Below, in pieces: positions 63,847-64,000 of a stretch of DNA of 64,000 bases; the stretch's first letter is position 1, and each line of letters starts with the position of its first letter. Both the position numbers and the translations under genes were made by a program. The notes beneath the pieces are model-generated. The model ran no database searches, was not told where the DNA came from, and saw nothing but the letters and a program-made list of their open reading frames with translations. The stretch comes from Nemertoderma westbladi (Eukaryota > Animalia > Xenacoelomorpha), in NCBI GenBank assembly GCA_032718475.1, contig JAUCBJ010001616.1, forward strand, positions 98,909 through 162,908, written 5' to 3'.

Positions 63847-64000
63847 ACCATAGGCACAATACCTTTAGACCTTTAGAGGCACAATATAAGTAATGGCTAT
63901 AATATTGATGCATATACTGAGTTTGTGAGGGGGTGTTTTCAATACAGGTTGCTAATGGATTATATTGGTTGGAAATATGGTTTGACAGATGGGAGGCAAT

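Overview
AT-rich, repeat-dense eukaryotic DNA with spliceosomal GT-AG introns, most likely from an invertebrate animal (taxon not determinable from sequence). Host genes: (i) the last two exons of a two-pore-domain (K2P) potassium channel (838-1717); (ii) a spliced ROCO-family gene joining a WD40 exon (40650-41502) across a 12.2-kb intron to a large exon (53701-56951) encoding a winged-helix-like segment, Roc GTPase, COR and two C-terminal CARD-like domains. Most of the rest is mobile DNA: several LINE families (one nearly full length with intact ORF2), an internally deleted P/THAP transposon, piggyBac-, hAT- and unclassified MITEs, and many minisatellites, one derived from an RTE ORF. The most striking object is a ~6.1-kb quasi-palindromic element (5411-11527) with AGTAGT...ACTACT termini as in Polintons/Mavericks. 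It has no integrase or polymerase but carries two intronless TATA/Inr-driven genes, a C2H2/acidic protein and a minimal GTSF1/Asterix homolog (a PIWI-piRNA cofactor), plus two tRNA-like Pol III units. This is a candidate mobile anti-piRNA or piRNA-modulating cassette. All calls come from reading the sequence by eye; no database searches were run.
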